A stretch of DNA of 63,711 bases, the filler included, from Chiloscyllium plagiosum (Eukaryota), in assembly GCF_004010195.1 (NCBI RefSeq). It is 3 parts of one record of this genome, joined end to end, with 100 filler letters (N's around TTAATTAATTAA, not from the genome) between each part and the next. Parts side by side here need not be neighbours in the genome. Positions count along the whole stretch, not along the records: positions 1 to 27,764 come from NC_057713.1; 2 more parts are not named here. One strand, given 5' to 3'. A model generated the notes under the pieces. It made no database searches. It had not been told where the DNA came from and saw only the letters and a program-made list of their open reading frames with translations. Below, one piece after another: positions 1 through 12,548 of this stretch. Position 1 is the first letter of the stretch. Each line of letters begins with the position of its first letter. The position numbers and the translations under genes are program-made.

Positions 1-617
1 GAAGATTTGTAGTTTGGGTGCTCGTTGCTGTGGTTCTGTTCGCCGAGCTGGAAGTTTTTGTTGCAAATGTTTCGTCCCCTGTCTAGGTGACATCCTCAGT
101 GCTTGGGAGCCTCCTGTGAAGCGCTTCTGTGGTGTTTCCTCCGGCATTTATAGTGGCCTGTCCCTGCCGCTCCCGGTTGTCAGTTTCAGCTGTCCGCTGT
201 AGTGGCCGGTATATTGGGTCCAGGTCGATGTGTTTGTTGATGGAGTTTGTGGATGAGTGCCATGCTTCTAGGAATTCCCTGGCTGTTCTTTGTTTCGCTT
301 GCCCTATAATGGTAGTGTTGTCCCAGTCAAAGTCATGTTGCTTGTCGTCTACGTGTGTGGCTACTAGGGATCTCTGAAATGACAGCCAGACTACTGCGAC
401 CACTAGGACTTATAACAGCACACAAACCAACAGCCAATCTCTGACAACAACTCACCAGAACGAAGGACCAATACCCAGCATGAGCAAAACTAATGTAGTG
501 TACAAAATCCCATGCAAGGACTGCACAAAACACTACATAGGACAAACAGGAAGACAGCTAACGATCCGCATCCACGAACATCAACTAGCCACGAAACGAC
601 ACGACCAGCTATCCCTA
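1..617 (-). mobile_element. Penelope-like retroelement 3' fragment (family A), GIY-YIG endonuclease region, with inverted 5' segment
   Basis: + strand 480-617 translates MSKTNVVYKIPCKDCTKHYIGQTGRQLTIRIHEHQLATKRHDQLSL (GIY-YIG motif). - strand from 371 continues SLVATHVDDKQHDFDWDNTTIIGQAKQRTAREFLEAWHS...INKHIDLDPIY. Decayed hammerhead at ~62-102 (-). Confidence 0.9.
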
Positions 618-984
618 ACATAACAGAACAGATCAGGTTAAAACACAAGCAATTCTATCATTCTATTGAAATAATATTAAAGGTGTTATGGTGGGTAAAT
701 TTGCTTAGCTGGCTAGGCATATAGGCTAACAGTATGGGTTCAATTCTCATTCTGGCTGAAGTAGACTTAAGAGTTGCCTCTTTACCTTGGCCCTGAGAGT
801 GAATCACCACTGAAAGAACCATCAAGAAAAATACATCAGGATGTTGCATCATCAGCAACGAGTGAAGCATCTGTCTTGAGACAGCACACAAGTGTTATAT
901 TAGTTTGTTATATTTTTGTTTCATTTAGGATCAATATTACTGATTGTTTTGGATGCAACTTAATTGTTGTATTGTATGAATTTA

Positions 985-1110
985 GTAAGTAAAGTTGCCA
1001 TAGTGCCAGAAGACCATAGGGCTGCTCTTTTATTTGAGAGAAATGGCTGCTGGTGGTTTAGCCTGAGGGTCACCACACCTCAGGAAAGGGACAAGTTTGA
1101 GATAGAACTT
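985..1110 (-). mobile_element. 3' part of an unclassified SINE (a tRNA-like head fragment lies at ~690-810, +)
   Basis: Resembles a shark SINE 3' region (CCTGAGGTGTGGTGACCCTCAGG hairpin); B-box-like GGGTTCAATTC at ~736-746. Confidence 0.4.
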
Positions 1111-1900
1111 GTTGACATAAGCAGACTGGATTTGACAGAGTTAATATGGTTTTGCCTACTTCAGTGTCGCTTTTTGCTAACTGATCTCATTTCGGAAATG
1201 AGTTCCTAGTAAACATAATTCATGTAATGTTGCCTTCTGTTGCCTTGATAATGCAGACAATGTTCACATAAATCATCGTCTCAAGGTTAAAGCCAGTAAT
1301 TTTTAAAAAATCAATAATTCATTGCCTCAGGGATTTGTACTGTATGTTAAATGAGTGGTACATCAACATGAAAATAATATAGAGATTGTAGCATTGGAGC
1401 CCATTGTGACTATTCTTTGTCACACCTAAACAAGGAAGTATTATTGTTGGCTCAAGAGAGCAGTCTCGTCTCTGAGTCAGGAGGTTGGAAGTTCAGAGAC
1501 TTGGAGCATAAATTCTTGGCTGAGAGAGTGACGCACTGTTGCAGGTGCTGTCTGTCAGACAAACCATTCCAGCCTCCATCAGCCCTCTCCGACAGATTTA
1601 AAAGATCTCACCACACTATATATCAAAGGAGAGCTGGGGAACTCTCTTTGGTGTGCAGGCCAAAATTATGCTGGCAACTGGAAACAGATAATGTGATTAT
1701 CAATTTGCGGTTCGTGGGAGCTCGGTGTACTGGCTGCATTTCTTTCAATTAAACAGTCATTACACTTCAAAAACTTAATTTCACCAGCTGTGAAGTGCTA
1801 TGGGATTTGCTGAGATTGTATAAGGTTCAAAGTTTGTGAGAAGATTTGTAGCTCGGGTGCTCGTTGTTGTGGTTCTGTTCGCCGAGCTGGGAATTTGTGT

Positions 1901-1941
1901 TGCAGACGTTTCGTCCCCTGTCTAGGTGACATCCTCAGTGC
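1901..1941 (-). ncRNA. Minimal type I hammerhead ribozyme (family A)
   Basis: Reverse complement reads GCA-CUGAGGA-U-GUCACCU-AGAC-AGGGGAC-GAAA-C-GUC-UGC. Confidence 0.8.
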
Positions 1942-2267
1942 TTGGGAGCCTCCTGTGAAGCGCTTCTGTGATCTTTCCTCCGGCATTTATAGTGGTTTGA
2001 ATCTGCCACTTCTGATTGTCAGTTCCAGCTGTCCGTTGCAGTGGTCGGTATATTGTACTATTATAGGACAAGCCAAACAGAGAACAGCCAGGGAATTCCT
2101 AGAGGCATGGCACTCATCCACAGATTCAATCAATAAGCACAGCGACCTGGACCCAATATACCGACCACTGCAACGGACAGCTGGAACTGACAACCGGAAG
2201 CGGCAGAGACAAACCACTATAAATGCCGGAGGAAAGATCACAGAAGCGCTTCACAGGAGGCTCCCAA

Positions 2268-2307
2268 GCACTGAGGATGTCACCTAGACAGGGGACGAAA
2301 CGTCTGC
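2268..2307 (+). ncRNA. Minimal type I hammerhead ribozyme (family A)
   Basis: GCA CTGAGGA T GTCACCT AGAC AGGGGAC GAAA C GTC TGC: intact core, stem I GCA/UGC, stem II with one mismatch, GUC cleavage triplet. Confidence 0.8.
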
Positions 2308-2859
2308 AACACAAATTCCCAGCTCGGTGAACAGAACCACAACATTGCATAAGGTGCTCTAGAAATTCAAGACTTGCTTTCTTTCTCCCCAACATGACCT
2401 CCAAATGCACTTAATAGTAGAAGATTCTCACATGGTGGTCCCACAGCTTTGTTTAGTTAATTTATGTGGGATGTTCCTCCAACTACCTGGCATTAAGAGA
2501 CAGATATATCCCTAGCTATTACATTGAAAATGAAGCAAATGTGAAGTAAACAAATGAGAAAGCAAAGGCAGTGATAGTAAGCCTGTTCTTCTTGCTGATC
2601 TATGTTTTACCCATAGCCTGAAATGATTAAATATTTTGGCAAGGAAAACATTTCACAGTTAAGGTTGTTGAAGCTTTTGCTGAAAGCTTTATCAGAGACA
2701 ATGATAGGTAATTGGAGAACAATGTAAATAAAGAATAAGGTCTGTCCTTCTGTCAGGTTAGTCAAATAGAAGAAAGGGAGGATTAGGATGTGTAAGGATT
2801 TAGAGGGGGGTTGCTACACAAGAAACTCTGTCATCTATTCACAATGAAAGAAAAGAAGA

Positions 2860-3180
2860 AAGACTTGCATTTCTATAGCAGCTTTCTTGACTTTTAGACA
2901 TCCCAAAGTATATAGGATGCCAATTAAGTATGCCTGAAGTGCAGTCATTGTTAAATATAGTAAATAAATCATTTGCTCACAGTACGATTTCCCAAACAGT
3001 GATGTGATAAGGAGCACAGCACCTGATTTAATTGACATGTGAAGGATTTCCAAGAAACTGGAAATAACTTGCCTGCTCTCCTTTGAAATGGTGGCCATAG
3101 GATTGCATATATTCAAGGACAGATAAAGCCTTGGATTAATGTCTCATCCCAAGCATAACATTTCTGTCAGACCGCTAGAG
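2860..3180 (-). mobile_element. SacSINE/Deu-type SINE, decayed
   Basis: Starts with the reverse-complement tail AAAGACTTGCATTTCTATAGC; body similar to other copies in the window. Confidence 0.6.
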
Positions 3181-4362
3181 TCAACTTACCCAACCAAGCA
3201 TAATAGAGGACTTATACACAAGGAACTTCAGGTGGAGTAGGAACATTGAAGTAGATAAATAACCTGGTCCACATTTAACTAAAGGGTCAATTCCAGGAAA
3301 TGTCACAGTGGAGGGCTGTGACATAAACCAAAGCATGGATAGTGATGAGGAGGAAGTGATAGAGATTACGAAAACTGTTTCAAGTACAAGGAACAGTTAG
3401 CAGGGCATTCAGATTTAAGGTAGTTGGAAAAAGGGGCCTGATGAGAAGGCATTTTTTTAACAGAACGCAATACAGAAAATAATTGGATCAAGACTTGTGA
3501 ATGCTGTAAGTATTTGCTGTATAAAGCAGTCAGTACCTGAAGGGATTAACTGACAGCATGCAACAAATTCCGCCCATCAGGATATGAAGAATTATTCCTG
3601 GGAGGAGCTAATCAGTGTTCAGTTGTCTCTGAGTACTAGATTGTTTAAACAGCAGTAATGTGTATTCAATCTTAAATATAACCTGCGGTCTTACAATGGG
3701 CTTTCATAGATCTCAAGTGTAATGTCGCCAGCTAATATTAAACTTATTCTGTTTATCTAGTCTAAGTCTGTCACTGGGCAAAAACTTCCTGTGGGCATCC
3801 TTCCCCTCATAGTATCAGAAAAATTGAATAATATTAAAGAGAAGGATTGGTAACAATAAACCAATCCCAGATGCTTCTGATGGACATGACCACAATATAC
3901 AGCATTTCCTCAATCAAAATACTCAGTGAAGATTGGAAAAACTTAGGCATAGTAACTCTGACCCACTGCTATGTTCAGTACATGCTAGAATTGTGGAGTA
4001 ATGACATGGTGTAGACTTCAATATTATGAAGGGTTTTGATAGAGCGTTAGTGAAAAACTTTCCACTGGCAGGAGGATCATTCAATAGAACACACAGTTAG
4101 AAACAGAGGAATGTAGAAATTAGGAGTAGGAGGATGTCATTTGGATCGTCAAGCCTGCTCAATGTTTCAATATGACCCTGGCTGATCATCTATCTCTGCA
4201 CCTTGTTCCTGTTTTCTCCCTAGATCCTTTGATTGAAGGTAATTGGCAAAAGAACTGCAGCGGAGTTGAGGAGAAAATATTTTTAGGCATTGATTTGTTG
4301 TGAGTGGCAATGCTTAGCCTGGAAAGCAATTGATTGAATACTTGAATGGGCAAAAGAATTGT

Positions 4363-4551
4363 AGTCAAGAGTGTGGTGCTGGAAAAGCACAGCAGCATCC
4401 GAGGAGCAGGAGAATCAACATTTCGGGCAAAAGTCTTTCATCAGGAAGCCCTTCATTCTCCTGCTCCTCAGATGCTGCCTGACCTGCTGGCTTTTCCAGC
4501 ACCACACTCTCGACTCTAATCTCCAACATCTGCAGTCCTCACTTTCACCTA
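4363..4551. mobile_element. Palindromic PLE-derived mini-element (family B), decayed hammerhead on - strand
   Basis: Inverted arms AGTCAAGAGTGTGGTGCTGGAAAAGC / GCTTTTCCAGCACCACACTCTCGACT; TSD AAAAGAATTGT at 4352-4362 and 4552-4562. Confidence 0.85.
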
Positions 4552-5939
4552 AAAAGAATTGTCGAGCTATGGAAAATGGAGGGAAGAGGTACTCATATGA
4601 CAGCTCTTAAAAAGAGCCAACCTTCGTGTGATGGAGTGAATGGTCCTCTTCTCTACTTATGTCCAAGTCCTGATGAGCAAAAGACAAAAACCTTTAACAA
4701 CTTATCACTTCTTAACAGTATTTACTCTTTTCTTAAACACTCTCTGATTATTAGTGATAAAGCATTTTGGAGTTGGATCAAAAGGTTGTTTGGATGATTC
4801 TTGTCTCACAATCAGGTGATGAAGAACTAAATGCTTTTTGATTGGCTGTGGGATAGGTGGGCAACTAGAGGTCGGACAAGCCAGGTGAACAAAGATGGCA
4901 GTGTAGAGCTTGGAGGTCACATGATTAAACCTTCAAGAATCAAATTCATAACATGACATATGGATGGAGGCTCCATGAGTTGGAACACAGGTAGAGGCCA
5001 GGATTTACTCAATTTGCCATATCCTATCTGTACAGTCATCCTTATGTTTTGCTATTATCATGAGATAGAGGAGGCTTTCTGGTGCAGTAAGTAATGTCCT
5101 TAACCTGTGGATCAGAAGCTCTGGGTTCAAGCCACAGCCCAGCACTTGATGGCTTTGGAAGTCATGTTGTAACTTTTCTGAGAATCGTAGAAGGTAAGAG
5201 TGGGCAATGCCCCTGTTTAGCAATATGATGGGAAGTAAATTGGAACCTCCACAATTCAATGTTCAGAGCTTCAGACTGCAACATGTATCCAAAAGTATAT
5301 GGTGCAATGGCAACTTACATTCCTTGGGTGGATTGGGAAAGGGCCAGTTGGCTGGCCAGCCACTATGCATCAGATTGGTGCCAACTACATAAAGTTTGAC
5401 CCCTATTCTGGCTCAGGTGAATTTGAAAACTGCCTCCTTGAACACACCATAATGGATATTGGAACAGTATGGAATCCACCTACCTTTGAACAGAGGACTA
5501 AAGAAGAATATACTGAGGTTGAATATATCAGAAAGCTGTTATTTGAATGTTAATGATTGATAGTTTTATAAAATAGCTTTACTAGTCAGTGGGAAGTCAG
5601 GAAACCTGGAAATCAGGACAGTTTAACATTTTTACCTTTCAAACAAAGAATGTTTTTTTAAAAAAATAACTTTTTGTGCAAAGACTGAACCATACTTCCT
5701 GTTCCTAATTACAACTTTAAGCTAACTTCACATCTGTCTCTCAAAGCATCATTGTGCCTCATTAGCTGCTTGCCTTGATTGAAGGGTTCACATATTGTAG
5801 GGAATTAAAGGTGAGTATAATGGTTTCGCCATTTAAAAGAAATTCCAGTAGTTTGTGAAAGCAAAGAGTTGACCAGTGAGTTGTGTATCTGCACAAGATG
5901 ATCAACAAATGTTTATGCTTAGCACCTTGTGTTATATAA

Positions 5940-7020
5940 CAAAAGCACTCCCTCAAGCTCCATACGATATTCATGAAAATGCTGTAATTACAGCAACTAA
6001 ATTCTGTATAGATTACACAAAAGTAAGTGCAGTGACGCAAACAGTCCCGTACAATTCTATAGTTATAAGATTGTGTCAAGCGAATTGTCTAATTCCAGAA
6101 TAAGATTGATATGTTGAAGGGTACTAGCAAGAGCTAAAGACACATCAGCCAAGATTACACTAAATGTGTCGTATCAATGTTGTGTTATCATTTGGATTTA
6201 AAGACGCTCCAGCTACATTCCAAAGACTTATGAATCAAGCTGTAACAAGTGCACCTAGTTTTGTGGTTTACTTAGATGATGGATTAATCCATAGTAACAC
6301 CTGGAAGAAACATGTAAAATAATTGGAAGCATTATTTCAACAGTTACAGTTAGCTGACTTAGTAAGAAATCTTGCCACGACTGAGTTTTCCAAAGCTAAA
6401 ATACCTTAGATAGAACACATGGTAGGGCGACTGTGAAGTCCAGCAAAAGTAGAGGATTTAATAGAGTTCCTTCTTTTGTAAGTCTAAATGGGAAATGATG
6501 GCATTGTTGGGGCTTCTATTGGAAATTTGTGCTGAACTTCAGCACAATAGCTGCACCTCTAACAAATTTATTATGAAAACAGTCAAAGATAGTGTAGTCA
6601 AAAGAACGCCAAACAAGCAATCCCAGTGAGTGAAGTAGTTTTGGCCATTGCTTCCTTCACTGAAATGTTTAAAATAGCAAATGATGCTCACAACTTGGGG
6701 GTGAGAATGATCTTCTTGAAAGATGATTAATCAGATATAAGAAGAATTTTCTAAGCAATCAAGTCAGCATCAAATGAAGTATTAAGCAGAGGAAAAGGAA
6801 ACACTGGAATTGTGACTGGTTCTTAAGCATTTTGAAATTTATGTCTGTCATGATTACAAAGAAACACTAACATACACTGACCATAATCCCTTGGCCTTTA
6901 TAGAGTATTTTAAATTCAAAATGCTAATCTATGTTGCTGGAGCTTGTTCATTCAACCTCTTAATGTAAGAATTGTTTATATTACGAGAGAAGATTATTTG
7001 CAGATGCAGTGTCAAGAATG
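5940..7020 (+). pseudogene. Ty3/gypsy pol relic (reverse transcriptase + RNase H)
   Basis: Fragments KFCIDYTKVSAVT, KIDMLKGY, FGFKDAPATFQRLMNQ (6191), VYLDD (YLDD 6269-6280), FYWKFVLNFSTIAAPLTNLL, EKETL, LKHFEIYV, YTDHNPL, ADAVSR; many stops and frameshifts. Confidence 0.85.
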
Positions 7021-7899
7021 TAATGATGCTGGAATAGTTTGGAGATGTGAAAAAGATGACACAAATTGTATAAATCCTGTATAAATAGTGAATGAGGATC
7101 AGGGAATGTAATCTTTGTGCTTTGTTGTTATGTATGTCATGCTTATATTGTAATGAAACACATTCAGAAATTGCAAACACATTTATATTTATGAATTGGA
7201 AATGGAAGATTTGGGTCAATTTCTAGCTTGCAAAATGTTTATTATATGGCTTTTTGGAAGTCAAAAGTTCCAAAGAACTGTGGGATTGTCTGCTGTTTAC
7301 AGAAGTAAATTGACTTTGTGAACAAAGGCCTTCTGCTGTAGGTTGTCTAGAAACAGACTTTGGGCCTGTCCTTCCCACTGTGCCACAGGTGGGAGTTGGA
7401 AAGGACCTCCAAGCTGGAAATAACAAATTCTATCCCTCATGGAAAGCAGGAGTTGGAAGAATGCTGACTGTGGTTGGAGAGGTTTGCAGGGAAAGGAGCT
7501 CTCTCTCTCTCTCATTTAATGAACTACTTGTGAATCCTGAAAGTATCAAATATGAAGTTCGCAAATTATTTCCCAGCTGAACCTGAAATCTAACCTGAAG
7601 ATCTTCCATTATCTTGTAACAACAGCAATCAAATCTCATTGATAGGAAATCAAAGAAACAATGAGAAATTAACTCATTCTATTTTCTGTGAGCAAACCCT
7701 GACCTACAAGAGTGTTGTTCCTTTTATCCCTTGTTTCTATGGTCTGCAAGAGCAAGTGTCACCATCTTCTCTCTGCCACTTTACACTCCCAGAGACCCAC
7801 TCACCCCTGTCACTGAACATGCCTCTCTCCACATAACTTGAGGATTTTAACTCATTATTGCAAGCATCATGTTCACTCATTAGCATTTACCCACCACAA

Positions 7900-8270
7900 C
7901 CTTTCTAAATTATGAACGATTCCTGCCCACTACACTTCCCAGTCACTCACTGGGGACACCTCATCCTCTTGTGTTCCTGCATCATCACTAACTGCTCTTT
8001 CAACCACTTCCGTCATATGGAATACCCCCTTTTGTCTCATAGAAAAAGGGTTGGGACAACCATTGGATTGACGCTTCCACAACACCCAAGTTGACCTAAC
8101 TTGTTTATATCTGACCTGCAGATACATGGCTGAATCCCCAGACTGCAAGGACATGAAACCCCAGACTCTGGTAGGACTAGGTGCCTGACTGACTGGGGCC
8201 AGAACACAGACTGAAATTGGACAAGGGGTCCTTGACTGACTGTAGGATTCCCTGCCACAGGGATCAATTG
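7900..8270 (-). pseudogene. Possible PIF/Harbinger transposase relic
   Basis: Weak similarity only: LQVRY and DKRGYS resemble Harbinger ARYPGS and GDKGYP motifs in the expected order. Confidence 0.3.
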
Positions 8271-8783
8271 AGGCTGAACCATCAAATATTTTAAAGTGGG
8301 AGTTACATTTAGTTCTTTGGGTGAAAGTAACAAAGGGTAAGGGGAGAAAGTGGGAACAGGGTACTGAGTAGGCTTGAAAGGCCAAGTGGTCTATTCCTGT
8401 CCATATTTTCAATGCTTCTATAATATAAGTGATAGACTGCATTCCCCTAAAAACCCTCTAAAGATCTCTCCTTTTGATTTTCACATTTGCTTAAACCACA
8501 CGCAGTGTGTTTATCATGTAAGCTGCTCATAGATGTAGTTGGTGTGACTTCAACATAGCACTTACCTTACAGCAACATGTCCACACTGTTGACCACTTGG
8601 TGCTCCTTATCATGACAAGCTGCCAGCCTCTCTGTGCTAAAAGAAATACAAGCCATAGAGGCAGGCAGTCTGTACTGAGACCATACATGCTGAGAAAGCA
8701 AGCTGAGAGCAACTAGACAGACCCTGTTTAGAGGCATAAGAAGTGTGTGTGTGTGTGTCCCTGTGCATTTATGCATAATTGTC

Positions 8784-8950
8784 AAGGTAAAAACAATGAC
8801 TGCAGATGCTGGAAACCAGATTCTGGATCAATGGTGCTGGAAGAGCACAGCACTTCCTGATGAAGGGCTTTTGCCCGAAACGTCGATTTTGCTGAAGCTC
8901 CTCGATGCTGAGTGAACTGCTGTGCTCTTCCAGCACCATTGATCCAGAGT
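8784..8950. mobile_element. Palindromic PLE-derived mini-element (family B)
   Basis: Arms TCTGGATCAATGGTGCTGGAAGAGCACAGCA / TGCTGTGCTCTTCCAGCACCATTGATCCAGA; TSD CATAATTGTC at 8774-8783 and 8951-8960. Confidence 0.9.
8853..8888 (+). ncRNA. Minimal hammerhead ribozyme (family B)
   Basis: TC CTGATGA A GGGC TTTT GCCC GAAA C GTC GA: intact core, short stem I. Confidence 0.7.
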
Positions 8951-11900
8951 CATAATTGTCCCCAAGCTCCAATGTAAAATGTTGCCGGGTTGAAGTGGTG
9001 CATGAGCTGGTCTTGGTGTAGGCCTGATGACATTGTCAGGCTGGTGGTTTGCTGCTGCCGATTTACATGGATGGAAACTCAAGAGGGCCGGTGGCCATGG
9101 TGCGTGTAATAACTTTGTTGTAAAGGAGTGGTCTGGATATCCGAACAATCCCTCAGTGAGCTGCAGCCACCAGGTACACGCTCTGATTGACATAGCAGGA
9201 ATCTACACCATCTTGTTTCTCAGGGAAGGAGTAGAATGGGAGTGACATTGAAATAAGGTGAGTTAGGGCCTGAATGAAATGGAAAAGCATGGCTATAAAA
9301 TAATCATTCCTTCCCATTGTGATTCCAACATTTTTACATTTTCTACATAGTTTTTTCATTTTTCTCACAGCTGCCCACTCCACTCCAGCGATTGTAAGAT
9401 TCCATCTATAGACCGTTTTGAAAAGTATAATCCAGTAAGAGCCTTCTTTACTATTTAGTTTTTATAACAATGCCAACAGGTGAAGGTACAGAACTGTGCA
9501 GCTAAGAAAGGGACCATTCAGCCCTCACGCTTCTGCTAGGTCTTTGGAAGCTCCATACTCACTCCTCTTCTACACTAATCCTGCAGATTTTACCTTTTCA
9601 CCGATATCACCAAATCCTTTTTCAAAGCCCCTATCTAATCTGTTATCACTGCCCTTCCAGGTAATGCATTCTAGATTGTAATGCTGTATTTAAAAACAAG
9701 TGCCCAACTCCCCTCTTTCTTTCTTTTACAGTCAGTTTCAGTCTGTGTCCTCTAGTTCCTGACTCTCTTGCCAGTGAAAATGGTTTCTCCCTATTCATCT
9801 ATTAAAACCTTTCCACAATTTGTACCCTAGGCTATGTTGTGAGTATCAACATTATCAGTTCGATACTTTTTAAGCACATTGCAAACATGTCAATGAGACC
9901 TGAACCCAATCTTCATTTGCTGTTGCTATGGCCAATGCCAGACAGCTGCAGCATTCATCTCAACTGCTGCTGATGATGATGATGTATATTTTATGAATCT
10001 ATTTGTAATAATCGGCAAACTGCAAATGCCTCTTCACCCACTAAGACAGTTTCCGTTCCATGTTTCAGCAGCTTCAAGGGAAGATTGGGGAGTGTAGGTG
10101 GTTTTCTCATAATACACAATGCCGTTTCACCATTGGGCAATCTCACGATGCAAAGTATGAATGTCCTGTTCCAGTTATAGATGTAACTTTGTCCCTGAAC
10201 AAGCACAGTCCATTTACAAACAAGAATAGTCAATTGGAAACATCCTCTGGGACTAATTGTTATAATATTTTTCAGGCCTATCGTTGGAAGCAAAGAGAGC
10301 AATTAAGTAATTTTAAGAGCCAGTTTTAGATAATATCAGGATCAAACATTCAATACGGACTAAATTAAGGAAGGCTTCAGCACACCAATATATATATGGT
10401 GACATTTAGAAATGCAAAGGATGTCAAAGAGAGCTTTGAGTTGTTTGTGGGAGCTTATTGTCCTCAAATTAACAACGGACATTACAATAAGGATTGCATC
10501 TCTGGGAGTACATTATTGGCCTTGAAGCACATCTTGAGGCACGATACTGTTGCCAGTTTGTAAACTGCTTTTATCATGGCAATCCAGGTTTGAAAAGGTG
10601 CAGATACATATTACTGATAAAGCAATGTGTTCAAACGTTACTTGAAGCCAGCAGTTGTAACCTTGGTACATTTTCTCAAGAGACAAAATTAAATCTGTTG
10701 TGACCATCATGAAATGTGAAGTCAATTTTCAGAAATCGGGCTGTTCATGTCCACCTTTGTGAAACCTGTCTTGAGCTAAGTAGGGATATTCCCAATGACA
10801 AATATTCTTTCCAACTCTTTGGTTGGAATCATATAGGGGCCTGAACAACATGGGCTATGGTGAGAAGTGTCTCAGAGAAGTCCAGCAAGGCCAATCTCAT
10901 CAGCAGAAGGAAACAACTTGCTACATCTTTTAACGAAGTTATGGGTGCCAAGGTGAGGTCCTGTCAAGTTGCCTATTAAGCAGGACTATTGTTTGTGAAT
11001 GACCTTATTAATTTTCCATCTTTCCCCATTAATAACCTACCACTCTCCACAAGTAAACCAGATGGCAAGAATTCTCAACATGGAAGTCTGAGGTGGGTAC
11101 TTAGTGACTTCAGATCCATTACCTGTTTGTTCCAAAGGACCTCCATTTTGGACATCAAGTACCAACATCTCAGGCACACACCATGGGCACTGGCCACAAC
11201 CTCTCGCCACGTTGAAGGACATTGACATCTGAAGGCTGCCAGCCTCTATAGATCATCTCCATTCTACATGCATTTCACATCTGCAAGTCAATGCATCACC
11301 TTGGGGCATTTACCATTATAATACTGCAGCAAAGACACTGTGTTCTTAGGGACACATACCCAGCTCATGTACTGGACCAGGATGTATCCACGGGATATTC
11401 ACATGCTCTCTTAGTGCTCACTCCCTTTGAACCTACCTGAATTGCTCACAGTATCCCTACCTTACATTGCCTTTTTAGTACCGCTGTTATTGCTTTGTCG
11501 TTTAGCACCAACACAAAGTCAAAATGCTTGGCTTGTTGTCAGTATTTATTAGTCAGACATAGAGATAGCCTTGGGTCAAGGGTAATGGTACAATAAGTGA
11601 AAGGCAGCCTCCAATATGGTCAGTCAGCTGACCAGAGCAGTCAGAGTTAGGACCCTCTGGTAAGAATTGAAAAGCCAGATGTCAGGTAGCCCACTATATG
11701 TTTTGATCCTGCCCTATAGTGGGCTGGCTTTCTCCTGGAATGAGATCAATACAGGTATTAAAACAGCTGAAAGTGTGTGACAGAGCAGTTCTTTTTGGTG
11801 CAGGGTGAGGAAGTACCTTGAGCGAGGGAGTAGGCAGCACAAGAAGGTATGCAAGGTTAGTGATGTCAGGGATTGGTGAGAGCGAGTGAAGGTAAACTTG

Positions 11901-11989
11901 ACAGTGATAGAGAATGAGCCTTGGGGAGTACAGCTGCAGAGATGGTGTGTGTGTGTGAGGAACTGGAGAGAAGATGGTGGCACTTGCAC

Positions 11990-12210
11990 TGACAGAGTGG
12001 AGAAGGTCACCGACCTTCTTCCTGCAATGCTGGACATTCCTCCAAAGGGCTGAAAGTGCATTGCCCTGAGGACTACACTCAGACCAGACTGTCACCCTCC
12101 TGTCTTGTGGACTTCATTGTAAGTAGTAGATGTTCTACTTCTGGCCACCCTGCCCACCAGGATCAAGTCCCTGCCTATAAAGTGGTCTCCAAATTTCCCT
12201 TCTTTGCCAC
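11990..12210 (-). pseudogene. Myb/SANT-like ORF relic of a PIF/Harbinger transposon
   Basis: Fragments GKFGDHFIGRDLILVGRVARSR and VWSECSPQGNALSALWRNVQHCRKKVGDLLHS resemble the F..DL..L / W......R..QCRKK..DL trihelix pattern of Harbinger ORF2. Confidence 0.55.
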
Positions 12211-12548
12211 GTCCAGGGCCAATGCCAGGAACTGTGCAGTGGGGTGTACTGGACTGACAGTACCTTTTTAAAAATGGCACCGCTTCAGGTGCCCCCCAGA
12301 ATCTCCCATCAGTAGTGAGTTGTTATGGCTAGGGTAAGCGGTGAAATGGGTTAGAAACAAATGAGAGGGGCTGGAGAGGTAGGTAATGAGGTGAGTTTGG
12401 TAAGATGCAGAGTGAGATCTCGCTCAGCCTCACAGAGAGAGAGACCATCCATGAAACACAGCAAAGCTGACAACTAAAAAAGAGCATTCTGTCATCCTAA
12501 AATCTATATGTGAATTCAGAACCACTGCAATGTGGTTGATTCTTAATG

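Larger units (their letters stand above)
1827..2343. mobile_element. Palindromic Penelope-derived insertion (family A) with two hammerheads
   Basis: Inverted arms ~1866-2056 and ~2153-2343; TSD ATTGTATAAGGT (1815-1826) / ATTGCATAAGGT (2344-2355); + arm encodes the PLE C-terminus TIIGQAKQRTAREFLEAWHS. Confidence 0.9.
1445..2385 (+). mobile_element. SacSINE/Deu-type SINE interrupted by a PLE hairpin at 1827-2343
   Basis: Decayed tRNA-like head and body; the tail ...TGCTCTAGAAATTCAAGACTTGCTTTCTTT resumes after the insert. Confidence 0.65.
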
